This document shows, in pieces, positions 55,915-64,000 of a stretch of 64,000 nucleotides of DNA. Under the pieces are notes generated by a model. That model was given only the letters and a program-made list of their open reading frames with translations, was not told the origin of the DNA and ran no database searches. Origin of the DNA: an uncultured Bacilli bacterium (GTDB lineage: Bacteria; Bacillota_I; Bacilli_A; RF39; UBA660). Position numbers and translations under genes: made by a program. The stretch's first letter is position 1. Every line of letters begins with the position of its first letter. Where the stretch lies: NCBI GenBank assembly GCA_934177995.1, contig CAKPPW010000004.1:5113-69112 (forward strand), written 5' to 3'.

Positions 55915-57210
55915 ATGGAAAGTATAATTGTAAAAAATAATATCTTAAGTAAAGAAGAATTAGAAAACTTATTAAAATATTATCACCAAGAAAGAAGAAT
56001 AAATAAACCACTATTACTGATAAGTGAAGATAGAATTAACTATTTAGATATCTTTAAGAGGGAATTTTCTAATCTTACTGTTTATAATAATAATATAAAG
56101 ATAGAAGAGTTTGACTATATCTTTGATTTTCTAGGTAGCAGTAAATATCTAGATAAAGATACTATCACTAGATTAAATAAGCTTGATAGAACAGTAAGTA
56201 TTGATATTAATGCTTCACTATCTAACATTAATGGACTGGGTACGGATATATTAAAATCAAGAGAAACAATAGTTTATCAGGCTTATCAACCAGGTCATTT
56301 TCTAAATATGGCAAAAGATTATATTGGTAAATTAATATTATATAAGGATAAAGATACTTTATCTAATATTAATCTTTTAGAAATGACGGATATAAAAGAG
56401 TATTTTCCTGAAAGACTAAACTTTTCTAATAAAGGTAGTTATGGTAAGAGTTATTTAATTGGTGGTAGTATCTCTTATAGTGGAGCGATTAAACTAGCTA
56501 ACCTATCTTTAACTAGTTTACTTGCTGGTACAGGAAGAGCAACGTTAGTTGTTGATAGAAAATTAACAGATATAGTAGCTCCTTATCTTTTAGAGAGTAC
56601 TTTAATGTGTCTTGATGATATAGAACAGTTAAATACTATTATTAATGATAGTACAGCTACTTTATTTGGACCCGGTCTTGATATTAGTAAGTGGAATAAA
56701 ATGATTCTAGATTATTTGCTTACTAATAGTAAAACACCGTTAATAATAGATGCTTCTGGATTAGCAATGATAGATAAGTCTTTACCATTAAATAAAAAAT
56801 GTGAAGTTGTTTTAACACCACATCCTAAAGAATTTGCAAGACTAATTGATAAGAGTGTTGAAGAAGTCTTAGAAAATCCAGTAGAACTAGCTATTTCCTT
56901 TGCTAAAAAGTATAAAGTTATTTTACTCTTGAAAGGGACTACTACTATCGTAACAGATGGTGATTACACTTACTTTGTAAATGAAGGCCATGCTGGTATG
57001 GCTACTGCAGGCAGTGGTGATGTCTTATCAGGAATATTAACAGGTCTTGTTAGCTATAATAAAGTATCACCTAAATTAATAGCTGCTGCTAGCTTTCTTG
57101 CTGGCTATTCAGCTTCTCTTGCTTTAAATACAACTAATGACATATCGTATATGGCAAGAGATACAATAAAATTTATTCCTCAAGCTATAAATGATATCAG
57201 GAAATCATAA
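55915..57210 (+). CDS. nnr: NAD(P)H-hydrate dehydratase (YjeF C-terminal kinase-fold domain) with a divergent N-terminal domain
   Basis: C-terminal half contains GSYGKSYLIGGS, LTPHPKEFARL, LLLKGTTTIV and AGSGDVLSGILTG. Confidence 0.7.
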   Translation: MESIIVKNNILSKEELENLLKYYHQERRINKPLLLISEDRINYLDIFKREFSNLTVYNNNIKIEEFDYIFDFLGSSKYLDKDTITRLNKLDRTVSIDINASLSNINGLGTDILKSRETIVYQAYQPGHFLNMAKDYIGKLILYKDKDTLSNINLLEMTDIKEYFPERLNFSNKGSYGKSYLIGGSISYSGAIKLANLSLTSLLAGTGRATLVVDRKLTDIVAPYLLESTLMCLDDIEQLNTIINDSTATLFGPGLDISKWNKMILDYLLTNSKTPLIIDASGLAMIDKSLPLNKKCEVVLTPHPKEFARLIDKSVEEVLENPVELAISFAKKYKVILLLKGTTTIVTDGDYTYFVNEGHAGMATAGSGDVLSGILTGLVSYNKVSPKLIAAASFLAGYSASLALNTTNDISYMARDTIKFIPQAINDIRKS

Positions 57211-57258
57211 TATAGACTTTATTCTTTCAATTTGGTAGAATATGGCTAAGGAGGTACT

Positions 57259-57999
57259 ATGTTAAATTTTATTGTATGTGATGATGATCAATTTTTTAGA
57301 CAAGGAATGAAAAAGCAGATAGATGACTATATGATGAATACTGATATGGATTATAAAGTTTATCCATTTGCTGGGTATGATAAGGAGTTTGAAGAATTAG
57401 CCAAAAAAGAAATTGGTTTTAAAGTGTATTTCCTAGACATTAAAACTAATTATGGTTCTGGAATAGATGCGGCTAGATACATAAGAGAGATGTTAGAAGA
57501 TTGGAATTCTATTATCATAATAGTTTCTTCCTTTAGTGAATATCGTTATGAAATAATAACTAATAGATTATTTGTGTTAGACTTTATTAGTAAACTTGAT
57601 AGTTGCACAAGAAAAATGCATGAAGTACTAGATATTGTTATGAAAAGTTATCGGGGTAAAGATAGATGTCTAACATATCAAAGGAAAAGGGTATATTCAA
57701 AAATAGAACTTAAATATATATATTATATAATAAGAGAACCAGATAGTAAGATTTGTACTGTCTATGCTTCTCATGGAGAGTATGAAGTACCACTTAGTCT
57801 AAGTCAGATTAAGGAACAATTAGATGGAAGATTCTTTCAAGTATATAGAAATTGTATTATAAACTTAGATAGAGTTACTTCTGTCGACTTTAAAAAAGAT
57901 ATAATTAAATTTGATAATGGATATTATCTTGAGAAGATGTCTAGATATAAAAAACATCTATTATTAGATTTGTTTAGAGGAAAGAAGGATGACTTATAA
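57259..57999 (+). CDS. LytTR-family response regulator; no cognate kinase in the window
   Basis: Receiver domain (CDDD acidic pocket, FLDIK) followed by a LytTR DNA-binding domain (IYYIIREPDSKICTVY...FQVYRNCIINLDRV). Confidence 0.75.
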   Translation: MLNFIVCDDDQFFRQGMKKQIDDYMMNTDMDYKVYPFAGYDKEFEELAKKEIGFKVYFLDIKTNYGSGIDAARYIREMLEDWNSIIIIVSSFSEYRYEIITNRLFVLDFISKLDSCTRKMHEVLDIVMKSYRGKDRCLTYQRKRVYSKIELKYIYYIIREPDSKICTVYASHGEYEVPLSLSQIKEQLDGRFFQVYRNCIINLDRVTSVDFKKDIIKFDNGYYLEKMSRYKKHLLLDLFRGKKDDL

Positions 58000-59957
58000 T
58001 GTTACCTAAGAAAATAGAAGAAAAAATAATTAGTGAGATTAAGGCTCTTGGTCTTGATATGATAGAAGAAGCTGGAAGTGGACATCCAGGTATTGTTTTA
58101 GGAGCGGCTCCTATTCTTTATACTTTGTATTTAAATCATTTAAAGTTTGATGCTACTAATCCAGACTTTTATAATCGTGATAGATTTATAATGAGTGCAG
58201 GACATGGTTCTAGCTTACTTTATTCCATTCTTTATTTTGCTGGATATGATTTATCACTTGATGATTTAAAGGCTTTTAGAAGATTAAATTCTAAGACACC
58301 AGGACATCCTGAGTATAAAAAAACACCAGGAGTTGAAATGACAACTGGACCTTTAGGGCAAGGCTTTGCTACGGCTGTTGGGTATGCCATAGCTGAAAAA
58401 CATACGGAAGCTTTAATCAATAGAAAAGAAAAGTTAATTGATTATAATATTTACTGTTTATGTGGTGATGGTGATTTGATGGAAGGGGTTAGCTATGAAG
58501 CGGCCTCTCTTGCTGGAAGTTTAAAACTAGATAATTTAATAGTACTTTATGACTCTAATAAAGTAACAATGGATGGCAAGATAGATAATGTCTTTGATGA
58601 AGATATTACTTTAAGATTTGAAAGTATGCACTGGAATGTTTTAACAACAAGTGATGATCCACAAGATATCGATGATGCTATTATAAAAGCAAAAGAATCT
58701 GATAAACCAACCATCATTCAAGTAGCAACGACAATTGGTAAAGACTCTAGTCTAGCTGGTAGTAATAAAAGCCATTCTGGTTGTTTTGATAAAGAAGAAG
58801 TAACTAAGATAAAAACTACTCTTGGGGTTCGTGATATTCCTTTTACCATTAGTAATGAAGCAGTAGAAGAGTTTAGAGGTTATATCAGAGAAAGAAATAA
58901 AGACTTAGTAACTAACTTTGATGAGAGAAAAGAAACACTTGCTGAAGAAGAGATAAGTATTTTAGATAAATTAATTAATCCTGATAAATCTATTAAATTA
59001 ACAACTCTTGATTATACAAAACCAGATGATAATGAAGAATTGCTTAGAATAAGTGCTAAGAAAGTACTTAATTCTTACTCCTTAATTAGTCCTTTAATAA
59101 TAGGAGGCAATGCTGATACTTCATCATCAACTAAGATATATTTAAATGAATTAACACCATTTACTAAAGATAATTATGTTGGTAGAAATATTAATTTTGG
59201 TGTAAGAGAGCATGCTATGGCATCTATTGCTAATGGTCTTGCTCTTGCAGGCTATCGTCCTTTTGTCTCAACCTTCTTAAGCTTTAGTGACTACTTAAAA
59301 CCAGCACTTAGATTAACAGCTCTTATGAATCTTCCTGTTACTTATATCTTTACGCATGACTCTATTTCAATAGGCCAAGATGGACCAACGCATCAACCAG
59401 TAGAACAATTAGTTAGTTTAAGAGCTATTCCTAATATGGAAGTGTTTAGACCAGCTGATTCTAATGAAGTAATTGGATCATTTAAAACTATTTATGAAAA
59501 TAATAGTCCTAGTTCCTTAATTATTGGAAGAAATTCTATCAAGATATTAGAATCAACTTCTATTTCTGCTACTAGTAAAGGAGGATATATTGTTCATAAT
59601 GAAGAGCGAAAACTAGATGGTGTTATTATCGCTACTGGCGAAGAAGTGACTTTAGCTCTTGAGGTTATGCAATTATTAAAAGAAAAAGGTTATGACTTAA
59701 GAGTAGTTAGTATGCCATCAATTGAAAGATATAATAATTTAACAAAGGAAGAAAAAGAAGAGTTATTACCTTTAGGAGTTAAAAAATTCGTTATTGAAAA
59801 AGGATCAAGTTATTCTTGGTACTCCTTTGTTTATAAAGATAGTTACTTATTTACACTTGATAAGTTTGGTGCTAGTGGTAAGACGGAAGAAGTTAATTCT
59901 TTCTATGGTTTTACGAAAGAAGAAATATCATTAAAAATAGAAGCATTACTTAAATAA
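57999..59957 (+). CDS. tkt: Transketolase
   Basis: Contains GSGHPG, GHGS.LLY, TTGPLGQG, GDGDLMEG and HDSI..GQDGPTHQP. Confidence 0.95.
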   Translation: MLPKKIEEKIISEIKALGLDMIEEAGSGHPGIVLGAAPILYTLYLNHLKFDATNPDFYNRDRFIMSAGHGSSLLYSILYFAGYDLSLDDLKAFRRLNSKTPGHPEYKKTPGVEMTTGPLGQGFATAVGYAIAEKHTEALINRKEKLIDYNIYCLCGDGDLMEGVSYEAASLAGSLKLDNLIVLYDSNKVTMDGKIDNVFDEDITLRFESMHWNVLTTSDDPQDIDDAIIKAKESDKPTIIQVATTIGKDSSLAGSNKSHSGCFDKEEVTKIKTTLGVRDIPFTISNEAVEEFRGYIRERNKDLVTNFDERKETLAEEEISILDKLINPDKSIKLTTLDYTKPDDNEELLRISAKKVLNSYSLISPLIIGGNADTSSSTKIYLNELTPFTKDNYVGRNINFGVREHAMASIANGLALAGYRPFVSTFLSFSDYLKPALRLTALMNLPVTYIFTHDSISIGQDGPTHQPVEQLVSLRAIPNMEVFRPADSNEVIGSFKTIYENNSPSSLIIGRNSIKILESTSISATSKGGYIVHNEERKLDGVIIATGEEVTLALEVMQLLKEKGYDLRVVSMPSIERYNNLTKEEKEELLPLGVKKFVIEKGSSYSWYSFVYKDSYLFTLDKFGASGKTEEVNSFYGFTKEEISLKIEALLK

Positions 59958-60006
59958 TTCGACAATATTTTTAAAACTTTCTTGTTATGATTACTATGGT
60001 GATTAT

Positions 60007-60438
60007 ATGAGAGAGTTTTTTATTTTTGAAATTAAAGATGAGTTTAAAAGTTTATATCAAGATAAACCTTCTATTTTATATCAGATTCTAGAACAGATAT
60101 ATTTCTTAGGAGAAGATAATGCTAAGTATGGTTATAGTCTATTTAAACAGCTAACAAAAAAGATAGATAAAGATAAGTTAGATCAACATATCTTTATTAA
60201 ATATCATCAGTCTATTCCTTATAGTAAAAGAAAAGGCATTCATTATTATAATAATCCTTCACATGAAGAAATAGGATCACTTGCTATTAAAAAAAGTTAT
60301 ATGCTGTTAAAGACTAATTACTATCATTCTTTTTTCTTAAAAGTATTAAATGGGCTAAATAATAATTATTTTATTTGTGATTTTAAGAATCAAGACTACT
60401 TCTTCTTAGAAAATTATAATGAAGTATTATCAAGATAA
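60007..60438 (+). CDS. sirA: SirA-like protein (sporulation inhibitor of replication, YneE family)
   Basis: It sits between tkt and yneF exactly as in B. subtilis. It has a similar length (143 aa) and N-terminal pattern (F.F.IKDEF...Y). Sequence similarity was judged by eye only. Confidence 0.5.
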   Translation: MREFFIFEIKDEFKSLYQDKPSILYQILEQIYFLGEDNAKYGYSLFKQLTKKIDKDKLDQHIFIKYHQSIPYSKRKGIHYYNNPSHEEIGSLAIKKSYMLLKTNYYHSFFLKVLNGLNNNYFICDFKNQDYFFLENYNEVLSR

Positions 60439-60459
60439 AAATAAAATATATTTCCAAAG

Positions 60460-60539
60460 CTTACCAAAACCAGATACTTTTGGAAATATTTTTCAAAAAC
60501 TTACCCAAATCTACTACTTTTGGAAATATTTTTCAAAAA
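60460..60539 (+). repeat. Tandem 40-nt repeat x2, with an upstream inverted partner that forms a terminator-like hairpin
   Basis: Units at 60460..60499 and 60500..60539 share CTTACC.AAA.C...ACTTTTGGAAATATTTTTCAAAAA. ATATTTCCAAA (60448..60458) can pair with TTTGGAAATAT in either unit. Confidence 0.8.
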
Positions 60540-60767
60540 CATGATAATTGCTTATGATTATTATGAATTATAATGAAAGGAATAATAGAAATAGTCGTTT
60601 TATTTCTTGCTAAATATTGTTAGTAAGTGATAAAATATGTCTTATAGAATGTAATAAGTATTTAAAAAAATTACAGTTATTTTCAAGATGTAAAAATCAA
60701 ATTAAAAGATAAAATTTACTTGTCTAGATAGAAAATATTTAGTAAAATAAACTCGAGGTGAAAAAAG

Positions 60768-60977
60768 ATGTTACATGATATATTATTAATAGTAGTAGGA
60801 CTTCTTATTGGAGCAGTAATTGGTTTTTTTATAGCAAGAAATGTTACTAAGAAGTATATGGAGAAGAATCCACCAATAAATGAAGAAATGATTAAAGCTT
60901 TGATGATGCAAATGGGTAGAAAACCTAGTCAAAAACAAGTTAATCAAATGATGAAATCAATGCAAAAGTATATGTAG
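60768..60977 (+). CDS. yneF: UPF0154 small membrane protein YneF
   Basis: [47 protein letters not shown] closely follows B. subtilis YneF (GFFIARKYM..YLKKNPPINE.M.R.MM.QMG.KPSQKK.NQMM.AM). Confidence 0.8.
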   Translation: MLHDILLIVVGLLIGAVIGFFIARNVTKKYMEKNPPINEEMIKALMMQMGRKPSQKQVNQMMKSMQKYM

Positions 60978-60980
60978 TAC

Positions 60981-61009
60981 TTGCTATTTTAAAAGCAGTA
61001 TACTATAAT
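60981..61009 (+). promoter_or_regulatory. Sigma-A promoter of the valS leader
   Basis: TTGCTA - 17 nt - TATAAT. Confidence 0.6.
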
Positions 61010-61025
61010 ACATGTAAATACATTG

Positions 61026-61240
61026 ACTGTTGAGGAGTACATATCATTTTATTTTTAGAGAGTTAAGGGTAGGTGAGACTTAACAATAGAAGATATGGAA
61101 GGTAGCAACAAGAGTAGGATTTCTGAAATAGTAGTAAGTTATCCCGGGAAAACCGTTAAATAAATAAGGTATGTTAAACATACAAATTAAGGTGGTACCA
61201 CGAACTTCTCGTCCTTTGGATAGAGAGGTTTTTATTTTTT
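61026..61240 (+). promoter_or_regulatory. T-box riboswitch leader (Val)
   Basis: Stem I carries AGUA and the CAUAUC/GAUAUG helix, the AGAGAG motif, and the distal loop GGUGAGA. The T-box sequence AAUUAAGGUGGUACCACG lies at 61185..61202. The terminator CTTCTC...GAGAGG plus T run lies at 61205..61240. The candidate specifier is GUA at 61102..61104. Confidence 0.85.
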
Positions 61241-61259
61241 AAAAGAAAGGATGATTTAA

Positions 61260-63788
61260 ATGTTAGATAAGAAATATAATCATAGTGAAGTAGAGAAAGA
61301 AAAATATGACTACTGGATGAAGAAAGGTTATTTTAAGAGTGGAGATATGGCTAAAAAACCATACTGTATTGTACTTCCTCCACCTAATGTCACCGGAAAG
61401 CTTCATCTAGGACATGCTTGGAATGTAACACTACAAGATATAATTATTAGATATAAAAGAATGGAAGGCTATGACTGTTTATGGCTTCCTGGAATGGATC
61501 ATGCTGCTATTGCTACAGAAGCTAAAGTAGTAGCAAGACTAAAAGATAATGGCAAAAATAAATATGAAGTAGGACGTGATAAGTTCTTAGAAGAATGTTG
61601 GAAATGGACTAACGAACATGCTTTTATCATTAGAGAGCAATGGGCCAAACTTGGTATTTCCCTAGACTATTCTAAAGAAAGATTTACCCTAGATAAAGGG
61701 CTTGAAGATGCTGTTAAAAAAGTGTTTGTAGATTATTATAATAAAGGATTAATCTATCGTGGCGAAAAGATTATTAACTGGGATCCAGTAGCAAAAACAG
61801 CTCTATCAAATGAAGAAGTTATTTATAAAGAAGAAAAAGGAGCTTTTTATCACTTGAAATATAAGCTAGAAGATAGCGATAAATTTATAGATGTAGCAAC
61901 TACTAGACCAGAGACTTTATTTGGTGATATGGCTGTAGCTGTTAATGAAAATGATGAAAGATATAAAGATTTTATTGGTAAAAATGTAATACTACCAATA
62001 GTAGATAGAAAAATACCAGTTATAACTGATCCACATGCTGATATGGAAAAAGGAACAGGTGCCGTTAAAATAACACCAGCTCATGATCCTAACGACTACG
62101 AGGTTGGACTAAGACATAATCTTACTAAGCTAGTTATTATGAATGATGATGCTACCATGAATGAAAATTGTGGTAAAGACTATGTAGGACTTTCAAGAGA
62201 AGAAGCACGTAGTAAAGTAATAAAAGAACTAGAAGAGAAAGGACTACTATTAAAAGTAGAACCACTTACTCATGAAGTAGGTCACAGTGAAAGAACTGAT
62301 GCTATCATTGAACCAATGATTAAGAAACAATGGTTTGTTAAGATGAGAGGCTTAGCTGATCAAGTTCTTGCTAACCAAAAAGACAGTAAAACAAAGGTTC
62401 ATTTTGTTCCTTCCAGATATGAAAAGACTATGAATCACTGGATGGAAATTACCTATGATTGGTGTATCTCTCGTCAATTATGGTGGGGACATAGAATACC
62501 AGCTTGGTACAAAGAAGATAAAGTATATGTTGGCATTAATCCTCCTAAAGAAGAAGGATGGGTTCAAGATGAAGATGTCCTAGATACTTGGTTTTCTAGT
62601 GCTTTATGGCCATTTGCTACTCTTGGTTGGCCAGAAGATACAGAACTATTAAAAAGATATTATCCTAATAACTGTTTAGTAACTGGATATGATATCATAC
62701 CGTTCTGGGTTAATAGAATGACTTTCCAAGGAGAAGAATTACTTGGTCAAAGACCATTTGAAGACTGTTTAATTCATGGTTTAATTCGTGATAAACAAGG
62801 AAGAAAATTCAGTAAGAGTTTAGGTAATGGAATAGATCCATTTGATATGATTGAAAAGTATGGAGCAGACTCATTAAGATATTATCTAGCAACAGATGTA
62901 TCAGCCGGTACTGATATGCGTTTTGATGAAGATAAGATTAAAGCTACTTGGAATTATATTAATAAGATTTGGAATGCTTCAAGGTTTGTTTTAACTAATA
63001 TTAGTGATATAAAGGAAATTAATCTTGATAATTTAAAACCAGAAGATAAATGGATTTTAACTAAGTTTGAGAAGATGCTTCATACTACTAAGAAATTTAT
63101 GGATAAATATCAGTTTAATAATGCCGGTAGTGTTATTTATGACTTTGTCTGGACATATTTCTGTGATAGCTATATTGAAATGGCTAAATACAGTTTGAGT
63201 GATGAGGCTACTAAATCAACTTTGTGTTATATCTTAACTAATATTTTAAAACTACTTCATCCATTTATGCCTTATGTAACCGAAGAAATTTATCAAATGT
63301 TACCAATTAAGGAAGAAGAATCTATCATGATTAGCAACTATCCTAAGTATAGTAAGAAATATATCTTCGAGTTAGAAGAAGAGGTAGTAGATGATGAGAT
63401 AGAGTTTATTAGAAGCTTTAGAAATGTTAAAGCAGAAAATAATATGACTAAGGATATGAAAGTTATGTTTGATACTACTGATGACAATGATTTAATTGTT
63501 AAGATGTTAAAGCTAGATGAAAGTTTAGTTAATGAACCACTTGGTATTAAATCATATAAAGTATTTTCTAAAAGAGTAAAAGCAACTATCTTCTTTGAAA
63601 AAATGGAAACAGAAGCTGATAAAGTTCTAAAAGAAACACAAATTGCTGCTTTAAAATCTTCTATTGCAAGACGTGAAAAGTTACTTGCTAATGAAAACTA
63701 TGTAGCAAAAGCTCCTAAAAATATTGTTGATATGGATAGAGAAAAATTAAAAGAAGAGAAAGAAAAGTTAGCATTATTAGAGAAATAG
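61260..63788 (+). CDS. valS: Valine--tRNA ligase
   Basis: Contains PPPNVTGKLHLGHA (HIGH motif), KFSKSLGN (KMSKS motif), an editing domain and a C-terminal coiled coil. Confidence 0.95.
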   Translation: MLDKKYNHSEVEKEKYDYWMKKGYFKSGDMAKKPYCIVLPPPNVTGKLHLGHAWNVTLQDIIIRYKRMEGYDCLWLPGMDHAAIATEAKVVARLKDNGKNKYEVGRDKFLEECWKWTNEHAFIIREQWAKLGISLDYSKERFTLDKGLEDAVKKVFVDYYNKGLIYRGEKIINWDPVAKTALSNEEVIYKEEKGAFYHLKYKLEDSDKFIDVATTRPETLFGDMAVAVNENDERYKDFIGKNVILPIVDRKIPVITDPHADMEKGTGAVKITPAHDPNDYEVGLRHNLTKLVIMNDDATMNENCGKDYVGLSREEARSKVIKELEEKGLLLKVEPLTHEVGHSERTDAIIEPMIKKQWFVKMRGLADQVLANQKDSKTKVHFVPSRYEKTMNHWMEITYDWCISRQLWWGHRIPAWYKEDKVYVGINPPKEEGWVQDEDVLDTWFSSALWPFATLGWPEDTELLKRYYPNNCLVTGYDIIPFWVNRMTFQGEELLGQRPFEDCLIHGLIRDKQGRKFSKSLGNGIDPFDMIEKYGADSLRYYLATDVSAGTDMRFDEDKIKATWNYINKIWNASRFVLTNISDIKEINLDNLKPEDKWILTKFEKMLHTTKKFMDKYQFNNAGSVIYDFVWTYFCDSYIEMAKYSLSDEATKSTLCYILTNILKLLHPFMPYVTEEIYQMLPIKEEESIMISNYPKYSKKYIFELEEEVVDDEIEFIRSFRNVKAENNMTKDMKVMFDTTDDNDLIVKMLKLDESLVNEPLGIKSYKVFSKRVKATIFFEKMETEADKVLKETQIAALKSSIARREKLLANENYVAKAPKNIVDMDREKLKEEKEKLALLEK

Positions 63789-63815
63789 TATTATTTATAA
63801 TAGAAAGATGTTATT

Positions 63816-64000
63816 ATGGGAATAAAAAGAGTTAAGCTAAATTATAAACCTATAATTAAGAGAAGAAGTAATGAAGTAGCATATGTTGTATCTACTTCAC
63901 ATGTAAATGCTGTTAATAGTTCAATAGAGAATAAGATAAAAAGAAATCAAGCTGAACTAGATAGTTCCTATTTAGAAGCTAGTAATTATGTTGTAAAAAC
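63816..64000 (+). CDS. Hypothetical protein, N-terminal fragment running off the right edge
   Basis: Open frame from ATG 63816 (MGIKRVKLNYKPIIKRRSNEVAYVVSTSHVNAV...). Weak RBS. It does not look like FolC, which follows valS in Bacillus. Confidence 0.3.
   Translation, partial: MGIKRVKLNYKPIIKRRSNEVAYVVSTSHVNAVNSSIENKIKRNQAELDSSYLEASNYVVK

Noticed and set aside
60460-60539. Tandem repeats considered as a CRISPR array (also the repeats at 48364..48395 and 48521..48563)
   Set aside because: There are only two copies each. Where spacers exist they are shorter than the repeats, no cas genes are present, and the repeats are AT-rich and imperfect.

Overview
The window is visibly AT-rich chromosomal DNA from a low-GC, endospore-forming Firmicute. 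Sporulation markers include a gerA-type germinant receptor operon, sspI, a SirA-like gene and a SpoVB-like flippase fragment. The gene order tkt - sirA-like - yneF matches Bacillus. Housekeeping genes I am confident about are a DnaB-type replication initiation protein, tdk, rnr, glmS, mtnN, rarA, mutS, tkt and valS (with a T-box leader). There are four singleton tRNAs: Arg-CCT, Met-CAT, Arg-CCG and Thr-GGT. Paired membrane modules (NfeD/SPFH, LemA/DUF2207), an OmpR-type two-component system, a LysR regulator, an orphan LytTR regulator and a lipid-acylation cluster (PlsC-like / AMP-ligase / PlsC-like) are also present. I saw no rRNA, CRISPR array, integrase or prophage. The only mobile-element-like gene is an Rpn (PD-(D/E)XK) nuclease followed by a tandem C-terminal fragment.

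I cannot name a clearly novel system. The observations most worth follow-up are:
- A 590-nt leader upstream of a large surface protein gene. It contains a G9 tract inside a 16-codon uORF, placed just before an intrinsic terminator, which could act as a slipped-strand attenuator.
- Several disrupted or altered genes: pepF has an in-frame TGA at a conserved Trp, two genes are frameshifted at T5 runs, one gene has an in-frame TAA, and the GerxC subunit has Tyr in place of the lipobox Cys.
- glmS appears to lack the glmS ribozyme.
- A MATE transporter is fused to a cytidylate-kinase-like domain.
- Three blocks of orphan genes lie next to tRNA genes.

All homology statements come from motif recognition by eye. 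No searches were run.
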